This document shows, piece by piece, positions 1-11,167 of a DNA stretch of 64,000 nt. Below the pieces are notes generated by a model. The model had not been told where the DNA came from and did no database searches. It worked only from the letters and a program-made list of their open reading frames with translations. This DNA comes from Cladosporium halotolerans (Eukaryota): contig NW_027191463.1 in assembly GCF_011745625.1 (NCBI RefSeq), forward strand, positions 1 to 64,000, read 5' to 3'. Position 1 is the stretch's first letter. The number at the start of each line of letters is the position of its first letter. A program made the translations under genes and the position numbers.

Positions 1-966
1 TGCAGTTCGAACTACGAAACTGAGAAGCGCCTTCCAAATCCTAGTGTAGTGCCGCCATGTCGACCTCTGAAGCTTGACCAGTAGCGGGCGGTCAGTTGCA
101 CTTGGTCGCTGCAAGAAGCTGTTGATCCGGACTTGATCAAAAATGTTGATGCTGTCGTTGCAGACAGAGTAGTATGCATCCTCGATTACACGTTCCAGGC
201 TATTGCATATAGAAAGCAGCACTGGCTCAGTAGTTGCATCTGGCTGTCTCACCAACGCGGCGACATCGAGCAGGCAGTGGCCGTTTAGATATGAGAGCCA
301 TCGAGTGAGTTGTAGCCAGGGAGAAGTCTCTTTTGCACTGTGCTCATCGCACGCCACGGTGTTCTGCTTCTCTTGGTCTCGCTCTAGCGCCGCAAGGTCC
401 TGCAGCACTGAAGAGATAATCGACTCAGGCTGGGATGCTTCGCATCGAGAGGCGTTGTTCTCAGGGCCCTTTTCGGAATGCACCATGAAATAGCTGGTGT
501 GGCGTCCTGTATGAAAGAACCGTTGGCAACGGACAGGCCTCCATGCGTCTGCCCGCTTTTGTGCAGAACCCTGAAGCGATAAACACGTCCTCGCTCCTCC
601 TCTTTTGCCAGTGACGCTCCAACTGTGGGCCGATTGCCAGTGCTTACTTAAGCTACCTGTTGATCGGCAGACGAAGGCGCACTTATCGGGCTCTAGTCGG
701 CATTGCTTGCCGTCCTGGAACAAACGCAGACCCTGTACCGGCTCTTTGACAGACTGTGGGATGGAAAATTGGTTGGAAGAGCGGAGTATTCCAGACCAAG
801 ACTGTACGTCCTCATCTATGTGCGCCCTCTCGGTCCTTGGTAGCCGCTTGTGTTTCGTCCGCAGGTGAGTACGAACATTATCTGGCCAGACGCAATAGTG
901 ACAGATCTCGCAAAGCACGATCTGGTATTCGTGTAATATCGTAAAACAGTGTGCGGCGCTGTCCAT
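1..966 (-). CDS. DUF3505 (OrsD-like) zinc-finger protein, 5' part; typical N-terminus of fungal telomere-linked RecQ-helicase-type proteins; continues beyond the window
   Basis: Translated by hand: ATG at 966, 322 codons with no stop to position 1, so it is missing from the ORF track. MDSAAHCFTILHEYQIVLCEICHYCVWPDNVRTHLRTKH (CxxC..HxxxxH), C..CAFVC..KHWQSAH, VRCQRFFHTGRHTSYFMV and SPWLQLTRWLSYL resemble DUF3505 proteins. Confidence 0.75.
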   Translation of the reverse strand, partial: MDSAAHCFTILHEYQIVLCEICHYCVWPDNVRTHLRTKHKRLPRTERAHIDEDVQSWSGILRSSNQFSIPQSVKEPVQGLRLFQDGKQCRLEPDKCAFVCRSTGSLSKHWQSAHSWSVTGKRGGARTCLSLQGSAQKRADAWRPVRCQRFFHTGRHTSYFMVHSEKGPENNASRCEASQPESIISSVLQDLAALERDQEKQNTVACDEHSAKETSPWLQLTRWLSYLNGHCLLDVAALVRQPDATTEPVLLSICNSLERVIEDAYYSVCNDSINIFDQVRINSFLQRPSATDRPLLVKLQRSTWRHYTRIWKALLSFVVRTA

Positions 967-1459
967 GGTCACCTCGTGGCAGAGAGCTTGATTCGAGCTG
1001 TAAAACCAAAGATTTGCGAGAATACAGAATAAAGAAGTAGTGTCAAAAAGGTCTTAAACTATGTTTACTGATACCAAGTTACGCGCACGACGCGCCCTCG
1101 CGTGTTCCTCGCGTACTAGCTCAGTATTCATCTATAACGTGATCTAGGCGAGATTGACTATTGGCAGGCCTCGACGATAAGGCAGGTTTAAAGCAGGGGA
1201 GTATGCAGGGCATACGGGAACAGCGGCCAGCGCCGTACGGGAGACAGGGGGAGAGAGGAACTTCAAAATGCGAGGACATAGTAGGAACAGAACGACAAGT
1301 GTTAACAGAGAGTAGCAGAGATGCGCGGAAATAAAGCATGGTGCGCTCACAAAAGTTATGCAGAGTAGCATGATTGAGCGCTCGGACAGTGTTTTGGAAG
1401 CAGAGAAGGGGAAAGTGGAGTCGATTCCTTTGGAGAGTCGATTCCTCTGTGGATACTAC

Positions 1460-1781
1460 TTAGTATCTCTTCCAAATCTTACCTCCCTTCTCGTCGTTTC
1501 CTCAATTCTCTTTATTGATAACCCTAACCCTAAAACTCCTCCTATCTCTCACTTTATCCTCTACCCTCCATTAATCTTTCTTTTATCCTACCCTTTGTTT
1601 CTTACTCTGTCCCCTGAATTGACCATTTCATTTCCCATTTCATCTTCCATTTCACTTTCCATTCTACTTTCTATTTCACTTTCCCACTTTCTATTTCATT
1701 CAACATTTCACTCTCCACTCTCTATCTCTCTTTCTTTTTCTATACTTCACTCACAAGAGGTTAGGTTTTCTTAACATTCCA

Positions 1782-1816
<35 letters not shown>
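1460..1816. repeat. Pyrimidine-rich low-complexity tract with degenerate TTTCACTTTCC units, ending in T30 (1787-1816)
   Basis: Read directly from the sequence. Confidence 0.85.
1519..1533 (+). repeat. Short interstitial telomeric repeat, (CCCTAA)2.5
   Basis: TAACCCTAACCCTAA. Confidence 0.7.
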
Positions 1817-2419
1817 CAACCTTGTTGAGACGGCATGGTGACGGTTTTCCCTTTCATGTTCCTGTTCCTGTTCCTGCGTTTGCAGACGTGTTGGAGAAAA
1901 TTGGCATGGAACGGCATTATCTCTCTCATCGCAGCAAAGTTTGCGCGCCTATTTCGACGGATCCATTGTGCCTCGCCATTATTCAGTCTCTGCTGAGTTA
2001 TCTTTTGCGGTTTGATTTGAGAAAAATTGGAGCGTTCGAGGCGAGATGCTTTTCTTGTTGTTTAGCAGTAGGCTCTTCTTGGGGATCATCATGGCAAATG
2101 CAGACACTTTTGACAGCTATTCAGTTTCTATTGTGCTCGACAATCAATGATGTTCCCTCAAATGGAGGTGAGTTGTAGAGGTGCTTTTTGTGTGCGTGTC
2201 AGTGGGACAGTAGATGAGTCCAGGACGTCTAATAATTTGCTCGCTGCGATGTGGACTCCATCCCTTGGGCGGCACTCTTATCGTACAGAACCGAAGCCCA
2301 GGCCCTGAGCCCATCTTGAATTTAATGACATACGCCAGAATAACGGCATTGTCATGTATGTGCTTGAATATTCATATTGTTGCGATCTATCTTCAAGTAT
2401 TGTCAGGTCGTGATGTTGG

Positions 2420-2437
2420 TAGGGTTAGGGTTAGGGT
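2420..2437 (+). repeat. Short interstitial telomeric repeat, (TTAGGG)3
   Basis: TAGGGTTAGGGTTAGGGT. Confidence 0.75.
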
Positions 2438-3180
2438 AAGAGATATGCCTGGAGGAATCCCACGATCTAACGGTCCACTGCGATGCTCCCAACCTCATGA
2501 ACCTGCTGTCTACAGCACTTTTCAGACCCTCACCTATCAGGTATGTAATAGCACCGAACCACGGGCAAAAGCCCAAGCCATCCTCGAGCGCAAGCGCCCA
2601 TGTTCCAGGCCGCCAGGCTCGCCAGGCACACAACTTCACCGCAGGCACTCCCGCACGCTAGCAGGCTTGGCGGCGAAAAGCAAGCATAAAAGTCTCCTCT
2701 CCCTCGCCCTCCTCTTCTCAAAGCTATCAGTAGGTGACTAATAGTCATTTAGTCAAGGCTTCGCTACGGCGACTTGCTGAGGGTTATGAGCGCGGTCACG
2801 GCCGTCACTGAATTCCCCTCCGTTCCCGGCCTTGTAGAAGGAGGAAATCACTGCGTCCGTCTTTCCTACCAATTGCGTTCTTGCGTCTTGTACTGTGGAA
2901 CGGGGTTGTGGGATGGCCGCTACATACCTTCTTCGAATTTGAGGAGGATTAATGAGCCTTGAGGCTTTCGTCTCGAGTGCTGTCGTTTTCAAACTCGCAT
3001 CCTTCCCTGGTTTCGTGAGCCAAATGCGCGGCAGCTCGTGAGAGCGCCTTGGTCGTGTCATGCGACATTTCCAAGGGAAGCCTCACAGGTAGGGGTGGTC
3101 CATCAAGTGCGATCACCGGGCTGTCACTTTCTCTGGATGCTTCTTTCTCGATTCCATGCATCCCGAAGGAATGCCGGAAC

Positions 3181-3332
3181 GCACAGCTACCGAAGCCGCT
3201 GTCACAGAATTTTGTAGTCGCGTCTGGTGGCTGAGCCTGAGCCTGTGCTTGCCTGTCGTCGGAGACGACAACCTTGACACATGCTAGATTTTAATTCTCC
3301 GTGACACTCCTGCTTCGTCATGACTCGCATTC
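3181..3332 (-). pseudogene. Possible relic of a Zn(II)2Cys6 transcription-factor exon
   Basis: ECES*RSR, then a frameshift, then CHGELKSSMCQGCRLRRQ, a putative GC-AG intron (3252-3187), then LC. This matches six-Cys spacing with Cys2 replaced by TGA and a short deletion. Confidence 0.35.
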
Positions 3333-4039
3333 GCGCTGGTGGTCGACAGCCTTGACGGACGTGTATCCATCCGCGAGCACAAAACAACGCTGGCTGAATC
3401 GGTGGGCGCTCAGTGTCATCAGACGCCAAATTATGGTGAATTTTCAATCACGGCTCAGCGTTGGCCCGACGAGCGCGAACTGCAGTGTGACTTGTCGCGG
3501 CAGCTTACCAAAGCTCGCGGTAAGGCTGGGGGTTAATTTCCTTCAGAATCCGGAAGGGGACGAGCACAGACGAAATCCCACCTTCAACCCCTGTCGCGCA
3601 TCATCTGGAGCCCTCATCGATGTGGTAACGTCCGCATTGCGATTTATCTCCTGCATACCATTACTGTTGTATGCATGCATCATGTATCACTCTATATAAA
3701 CTCATGCCTGCTCGCAATTCCCAACCAAACGTGTCCTCACATCCCGCCAGTACATGACCGCTTCCATCTCCCACCTCATCACGTCCAACATCTCTGCCCT
3801 GTCGCAACGCTCTCGGCTCCCCAACGCATCCAACGTCTCATCGTTCTAGCGCTTTGTGCCACTCAGCGACGCTATAGGCATTAGCTCTATCACTGTCTCC
3901 TGACCCAGTCTCAGTCGTAGTAAAAGGCATACCGCTGCTCCAGAAGTTCGCCTCACGCAGAGTGTTGGCAAGTCTACACCCAAACAGGCTCGCTTCCTTG
4001 CCCAGATCTACTCCCCTGGCCTGCTTGCCACCTGCCAAC

Positions 4040-5230
4040 ATGTCCGAGACTCGCAACATTGTCATTGTTGGAGCGAACTTCGCAGGTCTGAGTGCTGCAC
4101 ACTACATCGCCAAGCACACTCTGCCAAAGCTTGCTGGCTCCAAGGACGCCAAATATGTCTTGCACATCGTCAGCGAGTCGACACACTTCTGGTGGCACAT
4201 TGGCGCCCCTAGGGCCATCGTGTCCGTGAAGGAGGCGCCTCACGAGAAGTACTTCCTGCCGGTCATGGATGGCTTCAAGCAATACCCGCAACTCAAGGAC
4301 TCGATTACCTTCCATCACGGTTCTGCCACTGGCATTGATACGGAATCTCGCACCATCACATACAAGCCTTCTGGTAGCGAGGCTTCCGAATCTCTGCCTT
4401 ACTATGCCCTCGTCATCGCCACCGGCATCCGATCCCCCACGGCTGCCACCACCCTCCACGGCGACCACACCATCTCCATGAAGGCCCTTGAGGAGATGAA
4501 CTCGCGCCTCGCCTCCGCGACTGAGATTGTCGTCGGCGGCGGTGGCCCCATCGCCGTCGAAACCGCCGGCGAAATCGGCTCGCACCTCAAAGGCAAAGCC
4601 CGTATCACCCTCGTCGCTGGCGGCGACAAGCTCCTCCCCGTCCTCCGACCCGCCCTCGCCCAAAAAGCCCAAAGCCAGCTTGAGAAGCTCGGCGTCACCG
4701 TCCTCTACAAGACCAAAGTGACCGGCACGACCGAGACCGCCGACGGCAAAACCGAAGTCCACCTCAGCAACGGCAAGTCCATGACCGCGGACGCCTACGT
4801 GCCCGCCGTCGGCGTCACGCCCAACACCTCCTTCGTCCCGGACGCGCTCAAGAAGGCCTCCGGCCACGTCGACGCCAACCCGCTGACGCTGCGCGTCGAC
4901 GCCGCGGGCCCCCGCGTCTACGCGCTCGGCGACGTCGCCGGCGCCGACAAGGGCGGCGTGCTGAACCTCTACAACGCCGTGCCGGTCTTCGGCGCAAACT
5001 TCTCCCACGACGTGCTGAAGGATGCGGGCGTGACTTCTGTGCCGGCCGAGAGGCAGTACAAGCGCAACGACGCGGAGACGCAGGTGGTTCCTGTTGGTCC
5101 GAAGGGAGGTGTGGGCGCTTTCAATGGCTGGAAGACGCCTGGATTCATGGTCAGCATGATCAAGGGCAAGGACTACATGGCGGGGCAGATCCCGACTATT
5201 TACGAGGGGAAGAAGTTTGCGAAGGCTTGA
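4040..5230 (+). CDS. AIF/AMID/FSP1-like FAD-dependent pyridine nucleotide-disulfide oxidoreductase
   Basis: IVIVGANFAGLSAAH FAD motif, LVIATG, VVGGGGPIAVETAGEI NAD motif, VYALGD. Intronless; likely start MSETRN at 4040. Confidence 0.9.
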   Translation: MSETRNIVIVGANFAGLSAAHYIAKHTLPKLAGSKDAKYVLHIVSESTHFWWHIGAPRAIVSVKEAPHEKYFLPVMDGFKQYPQLKDSITFHHGSATGIDTESRTITYKPSGSEASESLPYYALVIATGIRSPTAATTLHGDHTISMKALEEMNSRLASATEIVVGGGGPIAVETAGEIGSHLKGKARITLVAGGDKLLPVLRPALAQKAQSQLEKLGVTVLYKTKVTGTTETADGKTEVHLSNGKSMTADAYVPAVGVTPNTSFVPDALKKASGHVDANPLTLRVDAAGPRVYALGDVAGADKGGVLNLYNAVPVFGANFSHDVLKDAGVTSVPAERQYKRNDAETQVVPVGPKGGVGAFNGWKTPGFMVSMIKGKDYMAGQIPTIYEGKKFAKA

Positions 5231-6472
5231 GGTGGTGCTGCATTGGGGGAGTATGTAGGATGGGGAAGGTGTGAGTGGTAATTTTGACTTCGGCCGAGAG
5301 AGAGACAGGGGAGGGTTGGATGTAATTGGCGGTGGCTTCTTCGATACCCATAGGTCTTAGCTTGATTTTTTGTCGGGTGCGCGGCATGCTACACTAGATA
5401 ATGTAACGTTGGTCAAAGGCAATTGATGACTGGCACTTGTTAGTCCCGCAGTACGAGACTTTGGCCAGTAACCTTGATCTAGGGGTTGGGCACCCCTACT
5501 CCTACCGATACATGCTAGGTTGGATGATCGAGCTCGTGAAAGGTACCTTAGCAGACTCCGGAGGTTGTACTAGCAAAGTGCGGATCGCGAGCACCTCGCA
5601 GAGCGGGGAGCGAAAACTACCTCGTGATCAGGCAACCATTGCAACTTGCTACTGTAAGAGCATCTTCCTGGTTCCCAACCAAATGCAGCAGCAGCTTCTT
5701 CCTCTGCAGCACCGCGTACTTCACGGCGTTTGTCGGTCCCGACCGCTGTTAAACACTGACCGGACATGTCTTATTCACAGTTGGCAGTGAGCCGCGGATG
5801 ACAGGACTGCCGGCGTAGTCTGCATGTATATAGTTCGCAGCACATGAAACACCACTAGTTTACGAGATGTACGACGCGCGAGTGTGCGTGGCGCCCACAT
5901 GCGTCCACAACGTTCGATGCTCGCTCCACAATTCGGACACCCTTGATCCGGATATGGATGCACAAAATAATGTGGCGGCCGGCTCTTGTGCGAGGGATTA
6001 CATCGCCGCTGACTGGGCACTTGGACGTCATCTTACTACCGTCTTTGCATGCTTTATCATTTTCTACCCACGGTCTGCGACTCATACTGCATTACAGCAT
6101 GTCCGTGGCTCTAGCAGGAACGTCTGCCTTGGAACACCCGACACTTTCATGCCACTAGTGCTTGTCATACCCCGGATATGAAGCGACCGAACAAAAAGTT
6201 ATGAACACAGCGTGCTAACCGTCATCGACGTAACGGTCCCTTTGTGTCTGCAGGGTGTCTGCCGTCTCCCCAATCGTCTGCCACTCGAGCTAGGGAATTC
6301 TCGCAAGCTTTCGCGGTGCTCCATGCGGTGCCACCTAATGACCTGACGAACCCGTTTTTGCCGGTGTGGAGATGGTACGGTGTCAGTTTGATGTGTATAT
6401 ATACTAAATACCCTTCCATATCTCTCAGATCGATTCTCACATTTCATCTGGCTTCATTGCCACCGGACCATC

Positions 6473-8105
6473 ATGACTACAATGACCGACTCGGCGGCCA
6501 GTACTTGGCCGCCCAAAGACACATTTTCCATCATCGTTCTCTTTGCTGCTCTCTCTGTCGTCTACTACGTTGGATCGAAGATTTACGATGTATACTTTGG
6601 TCCCCTATCGGAGTTCCCAGGCCCGAAGTTGAGCGCCTTCTCGGTTCTGCCCTCACTCAGCTCCTTGTTCACCGGCGACGATGCGGTCTACGTCCCAGAG
6701 CTTCACGCCAAATATGGCCCTGTTGTACGCACCAGCCCGGATCATCTCTCCTTCGCCAACGGCGCAGCTGGCTTCAAAGAGATCTATGGATTCGGAAAGA
6801 AGGGCCTGTACAAGGACCCGCAATTCTACGGTGTCCCGCTCAACAAGGTCCATAGCATCATCACCGCGGACGATGCCAACCACAGCCGCCAGAGGAAGAT
6901 CCTCTCCCACGCGTTCTCCGACCGTGCTCTGAAGGACCAGGAGCCTTTGCTTAAGCGATGGGTCGAGCTGATGAGAGACAAGCTGCTTGAGTCTGCTGAA
7001 GCTGGAAAGCCGGCTGACATGCTTAAGTTCTACAACTGCACGACTTTTGGTATGCTTGAGTTTGAAATCCAATCGAGTCCTCGAGCTTTCGCTGACATCT
7101 GCAGATATCATGGGCGATCTAACTTTCGCGGAATCACTACAAATGCTCGAAGGCTCTGACTACTCGCCCTGGGTCAAGGTCATTTTCGCTGGGGTCAAGA
7201 CCGGCACCCGCCTTCGCGCCTTCAAGATCTATAGCAAGATCACCAACTACCTCGTCGAAAATCTCCTCTTCAAGAGCGAGGTTGTCCGCAAAAAGCAATG
7301 GGAGCACTGGAACTACTCCAAGGAGCGCGTCGACCGCCGTCTTGCCCGCACCCCCGACCGTCCCGATCTCTGGACCAAGATTCTGGAGCGCGGCTCCGGC
7401 CCTGACGGCCTCTCAGTCCCTGAGCACCACTCAATCGCCTCCCTGTTCATGATCGCCGGCACCGAAACCACCGCCACAGCCCTCAGCGGCACCACCTACC
7501 AGCTCCTCACAAATCCGGACACGCTCGCGCTCCTGCAGAAGGAAATCCGCACCGCCTTCTCCTCCTTCGACGACATGGGCCTGGAATCCCTCGCCAAGCA
7601 GAAGTACCTCATGGCCGTCCTGCAGGAGGGTCTGCGCATGTACCCGCCCGTGCCCTCTGAGCTCCCCCGTGTCGTGCCCGCCGGCGGCGCCGTCATCTGC
7701 GGCCAGTGGGTCCCCGGCGGCACCAAGGTTGGCGTGCACCACCTCGCGACGTACCGCAACGAGGAGCTCTTCCGCAAACCCTACGAGTTCCACCCTGAGC
7801 GCTGGCTCGGCGACCCGGAGTTCAAGGACGACAAGCTCGACGCGATGGAGGCGTTTAGCGTTGGGCCGAGGAATTGTCTTGGAAAGGTACGTTATGAGAT
7901 CTAGACGTCAATCATGTGTACTGGAGCTGACTTTGTTTTCGCGTAGAACCTTGCATGGCATGAGATGCGCCTTTTAATGGCGACTGTCGTGCTGCACTTC
8001 GACATGAAGCTCTGCGAGGAGAGCAAGGGCTGGAACGACCAGAAGGTCTTTACGCTTTGGGAGAAGAAGCCGCTGATGGCTACCTTGACGCCGGCCAAGG
8101 CATAA
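6473..8105 (+). CDS. Cytochrome P450, CYP65 (Tri11-like) type
   Basis: Exons 6473-7049, 7105-7886 and 7947-8105 with GT..CTGAC..AG introns. N-terminal TM helix, AGTETT I-helix, EGLR (ExxR), PERW, FSVGPRNCLG heme motif. Confidence 0.92.
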
Positions 8106-9324
8106 GGGCCAATCTCGAGAGCTTTAGGCAGCTTCAACGAAGGCTACCATGGCATGCAGAATGATTCTATCGTCTAAAAAGCGCAACGATAGCCTCTTTA
8201 CTCAATGATACAACGTTTACTTAGCGATGCTTCATCTTTTCGCGCTCAAGAATTCTGCTAAGAGCAGGTCTGCTGACAGTCTTCAAACCCGCGTGAGAGG
8301 CATGTTTGCCAAAGAATTGCGGGTCAACATGATTGTTAACCTCGGGGCAACTGATTGTCCGACACTGCTGATCTGCATGCACGAGGCTACTGCGTCCTGC
8401 CTCGGACTGGAGTCGAACGCGAAGTCACGGCACAACTAGAACCACGCACGGCGTGTTTTTAAGGAATGGTAATTTGGGAGGAAGACACGAATGGTGATGG
8501 GCCAACATATGTTGGATTGTTCCTGGCGGGGAATAATAACGATATTACTGTATCTTGAGCGACGAGGACATGACGTTGATCGGCCATGCCAAGGAGAGAA
8601 CACCGATCTCCGCCGATGGGCCATCTCACGTGCCTCCGAACCTCCAGGCTCGCGTGGTCCGCCGTGATCTTCGTCTTCACCCCGCGATCGCTGCCACTAT
8701 CGCGGAGCATTGCGACATCAGGTTTGGTTGCTCAAAAGGCGTTGAACCACCTCCGAGTCTGGCGCGGTCGCTCCTCCGATAGATCCCACGACTGCACGCC
8801 CGCCCTGACGCAAAGGCCGGTGCCGGAAGTGCCTACAGGAACGCCGGCGCATTGCCACAGCATACCAAGACATATCCAAGCTCTGAATCAAGGTATGCCG
8901 AAGACGGGCGGGGTTCGGATCCGCGCGCATGCCTTACCACCTCCCTAAGAAAGGCTGGTGGAGAAGGACTGCGAACGCATGCTGTTCCTGCTTATATGTT
9001 CCCCTCTTATCGTGGTGCAGCCAAGGCCACGGTGCCGGTGCGCTCGACAGATCATTTTCCAGGACTGGTAGACTTGGTCGGAGAGCCGCATGGTAGGTCG
9101 GTGGGTTCCGGATAACTCTCTCTTGGCTTTGGACTTGGTGCATTGCACGCATTAGCCGTAGGCCACAGTAGGTTGACGTGAAGAATACTTAATTACCGTC
9201 GCCTCGCTGGTGGTTCCTCGAAGATAGAACTCGACTTTTGACCTTTTTTCACGGAAGAGCTTTGTGCTTGGTCATCAGGAACGTGACCTTGCCATTCACT
9301 TGAGGCACTTGCGAGATCACGAAC

Positions 9325-11006
9325 ATGGCGTCGTCAATCAACAAGATGAAAGCAGCACTGCTGTGCATAGGAAGCAGCGTGCTAGCTCAGTCACCTGGTG
9401 CAACATATGGCGACAATTACACACCCGTCAACAAGGACAGTGAAGCTATTTCACGCAATTATCCCGACATTGATATCGATCTTCTATCGCCGTTCTTTCT
9501 GAGCCCAGATACTGTACCTCCTGGCTTCGCCAATGGCACTGCGCCTCCAACACCAGACTATGTCATGGGTCAGTGTCTCCTGGCATCTATATCGAGTTAC
9601 ACTAACAGAGTATAGACAACTTCCTCCAGTCTCTCGCGCCTCGTAACGACTGGTATAATTACTACGTGGCGGATTTTCAAACTGAACAGGGTCGACCGAT
9701 ACCTTACGTCTTCCTGACTAAGCCTTCAGAGGGTATCTCTGGAAACGCCACTCAGCCAGCTAAGCTCCGCGTGTACATTCAGGGCGAGATTCATGGAAAC
9801 GAGCCTGCAGCTGACCAGGGAGTCATGGCCCTGCTCGGTAAGATGGATGCCAACAGCACGTGGACTGCCAACCTTCTCGAAAGAATGGATATTCTCATCT
9901 TGCCGCAATACAACCGCGACGGCGCTAGTTATTTCCAGCGCGAACTCGTCAGCAACATTGATCCGAACCGCGACCACCCAAAGCTACTCAAGCAACAAAC
10001 CAGCGACATCAAGCAAGCCTTCAACGAATGGGATCCGCACGTGGTGATCGATATGCACGAGTTCACAGCACCTACCATCTACGGTGGAAGGTATCGTCAT
10101 GGCGCAGATGCAATGATCGCAGGCACCAAGAACCTTAATACGCGCCAGGAGATTCGGAACTTGACTGATGGCAAGTTCAGGCTGGGGATTGGCGCTGCGC
10201 TTGAAGAGCGCGGCATGAACTGGGAGCCCTATGTGACCGGCGAATCAAGCGACGTGGAAGCTCCCATCGTGATGGAGGAAGCGATCACAAGCCCTACCAG
10301 CGGTCGCAACGCCATGGGTCTAAACCAGGCTGTGGTCATCCTTGCAGAACTGCGTGGTATCCGACTCGCTGACCAGCACTTTCAACGTCGTACCGCTGCC
10401 GCTCTTACTATGCTGGAATCCTTCTTGAACATTGCAAGGCAAGACGTCGATGAGGTTCTCGAGACCATCGAGACAGCTATTGAGAGTTTCATTACCAGCG
10501 ACGACGACATCGTCCTCTCCGACTACCAGCCGAGCGAGAACAGGACCTTCACCTTCGTCGACATCCGTAATGGCAGCCTAGTGCAGGTTCCCATTGAGTT
10601 TCAAAGCTCCACGCCAGCTCTCGCCAACCAAACTAGAGCTCGACCCGAAGCCTACCTCATCCCCCGCAACTGGATCGATGTCGCTGAGAAACTCAAGATC
10701 ATGGGCGTCGAATTGGAAGAGCTCAAATACCAACACCGCGCTCCCGTCCAAGCCTACAACATCACCTCTTCGCAGCTGGAGACTGAGTTCTACGAAGGAG
10801 TCGTCCGGAACCATGTCACAACCGAGCCGTTCGTCAAAGAGGATTTGGTTTTGCCTGCCGGTAGCTGGAGGGTCAGTACGCGCCAGAAGAAAGCAGCGCA
10901 GGCTTTCATTGCGCTGGAGCCGGAGATTGCGGAGTCTTTCGTGTCTTTCAGCATCATTCCGGTCAGCGCTGGGGACGAATACCCCATTTTCAGAGAGTTG
11001 GCCTAA
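9325..11006 (+). CDS. Secreted zinc metallocarboxypeptidase (M14 family)
   Basis: Exons 9325-9568 and 9616-11006. Signal-peptide-like N-terminus, IHGNE zinc motif, DPNRDH, IDMHE. Confidence 0.88.
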
Positions 11007-11167
11007 GTGAAACGAGGCTCCACTGGCCGTATGAATGACGGACGCTGAAGTATTCAGATAGATACATTACGTGAAACATGTACACGAAACTTCCACATTA
11101 ATGTAACCTTGGTGATACGACGATGTATTCACGGAATTAGATCGCGGCTCGTAATCATCCAAAAGCC

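Noticed and set aside
1519..1533. TAACCCTAA as a telomerase RNA template
   Set aside because: The run is 2.5 repeats, longer than a typical template, sits in low-complexity DNA, and I could not identify a pseudoknot or CR4/5-like domain.
1358..1774. 138-aa hydrophobic Ser/Leu/Phe-rich ORF resembling a membrane protein
   Set aside because: A translation artefact of the polypyrimidine tract.
1787..2400. T30 as the poly(A) tail of a LINE or retrocopy
   Set aside because: No reverse-transcriptase remnant or target-site duplication is recognisable next to it.
3974..5008. Long antisense ORFs (also 15014-15835, 26169-27230, 36698-37477, 55566-56159, 62716-63393 and others)
   Set aside because: Shadows of GC3-rich real genes on the opposite strand; no independent motifs.
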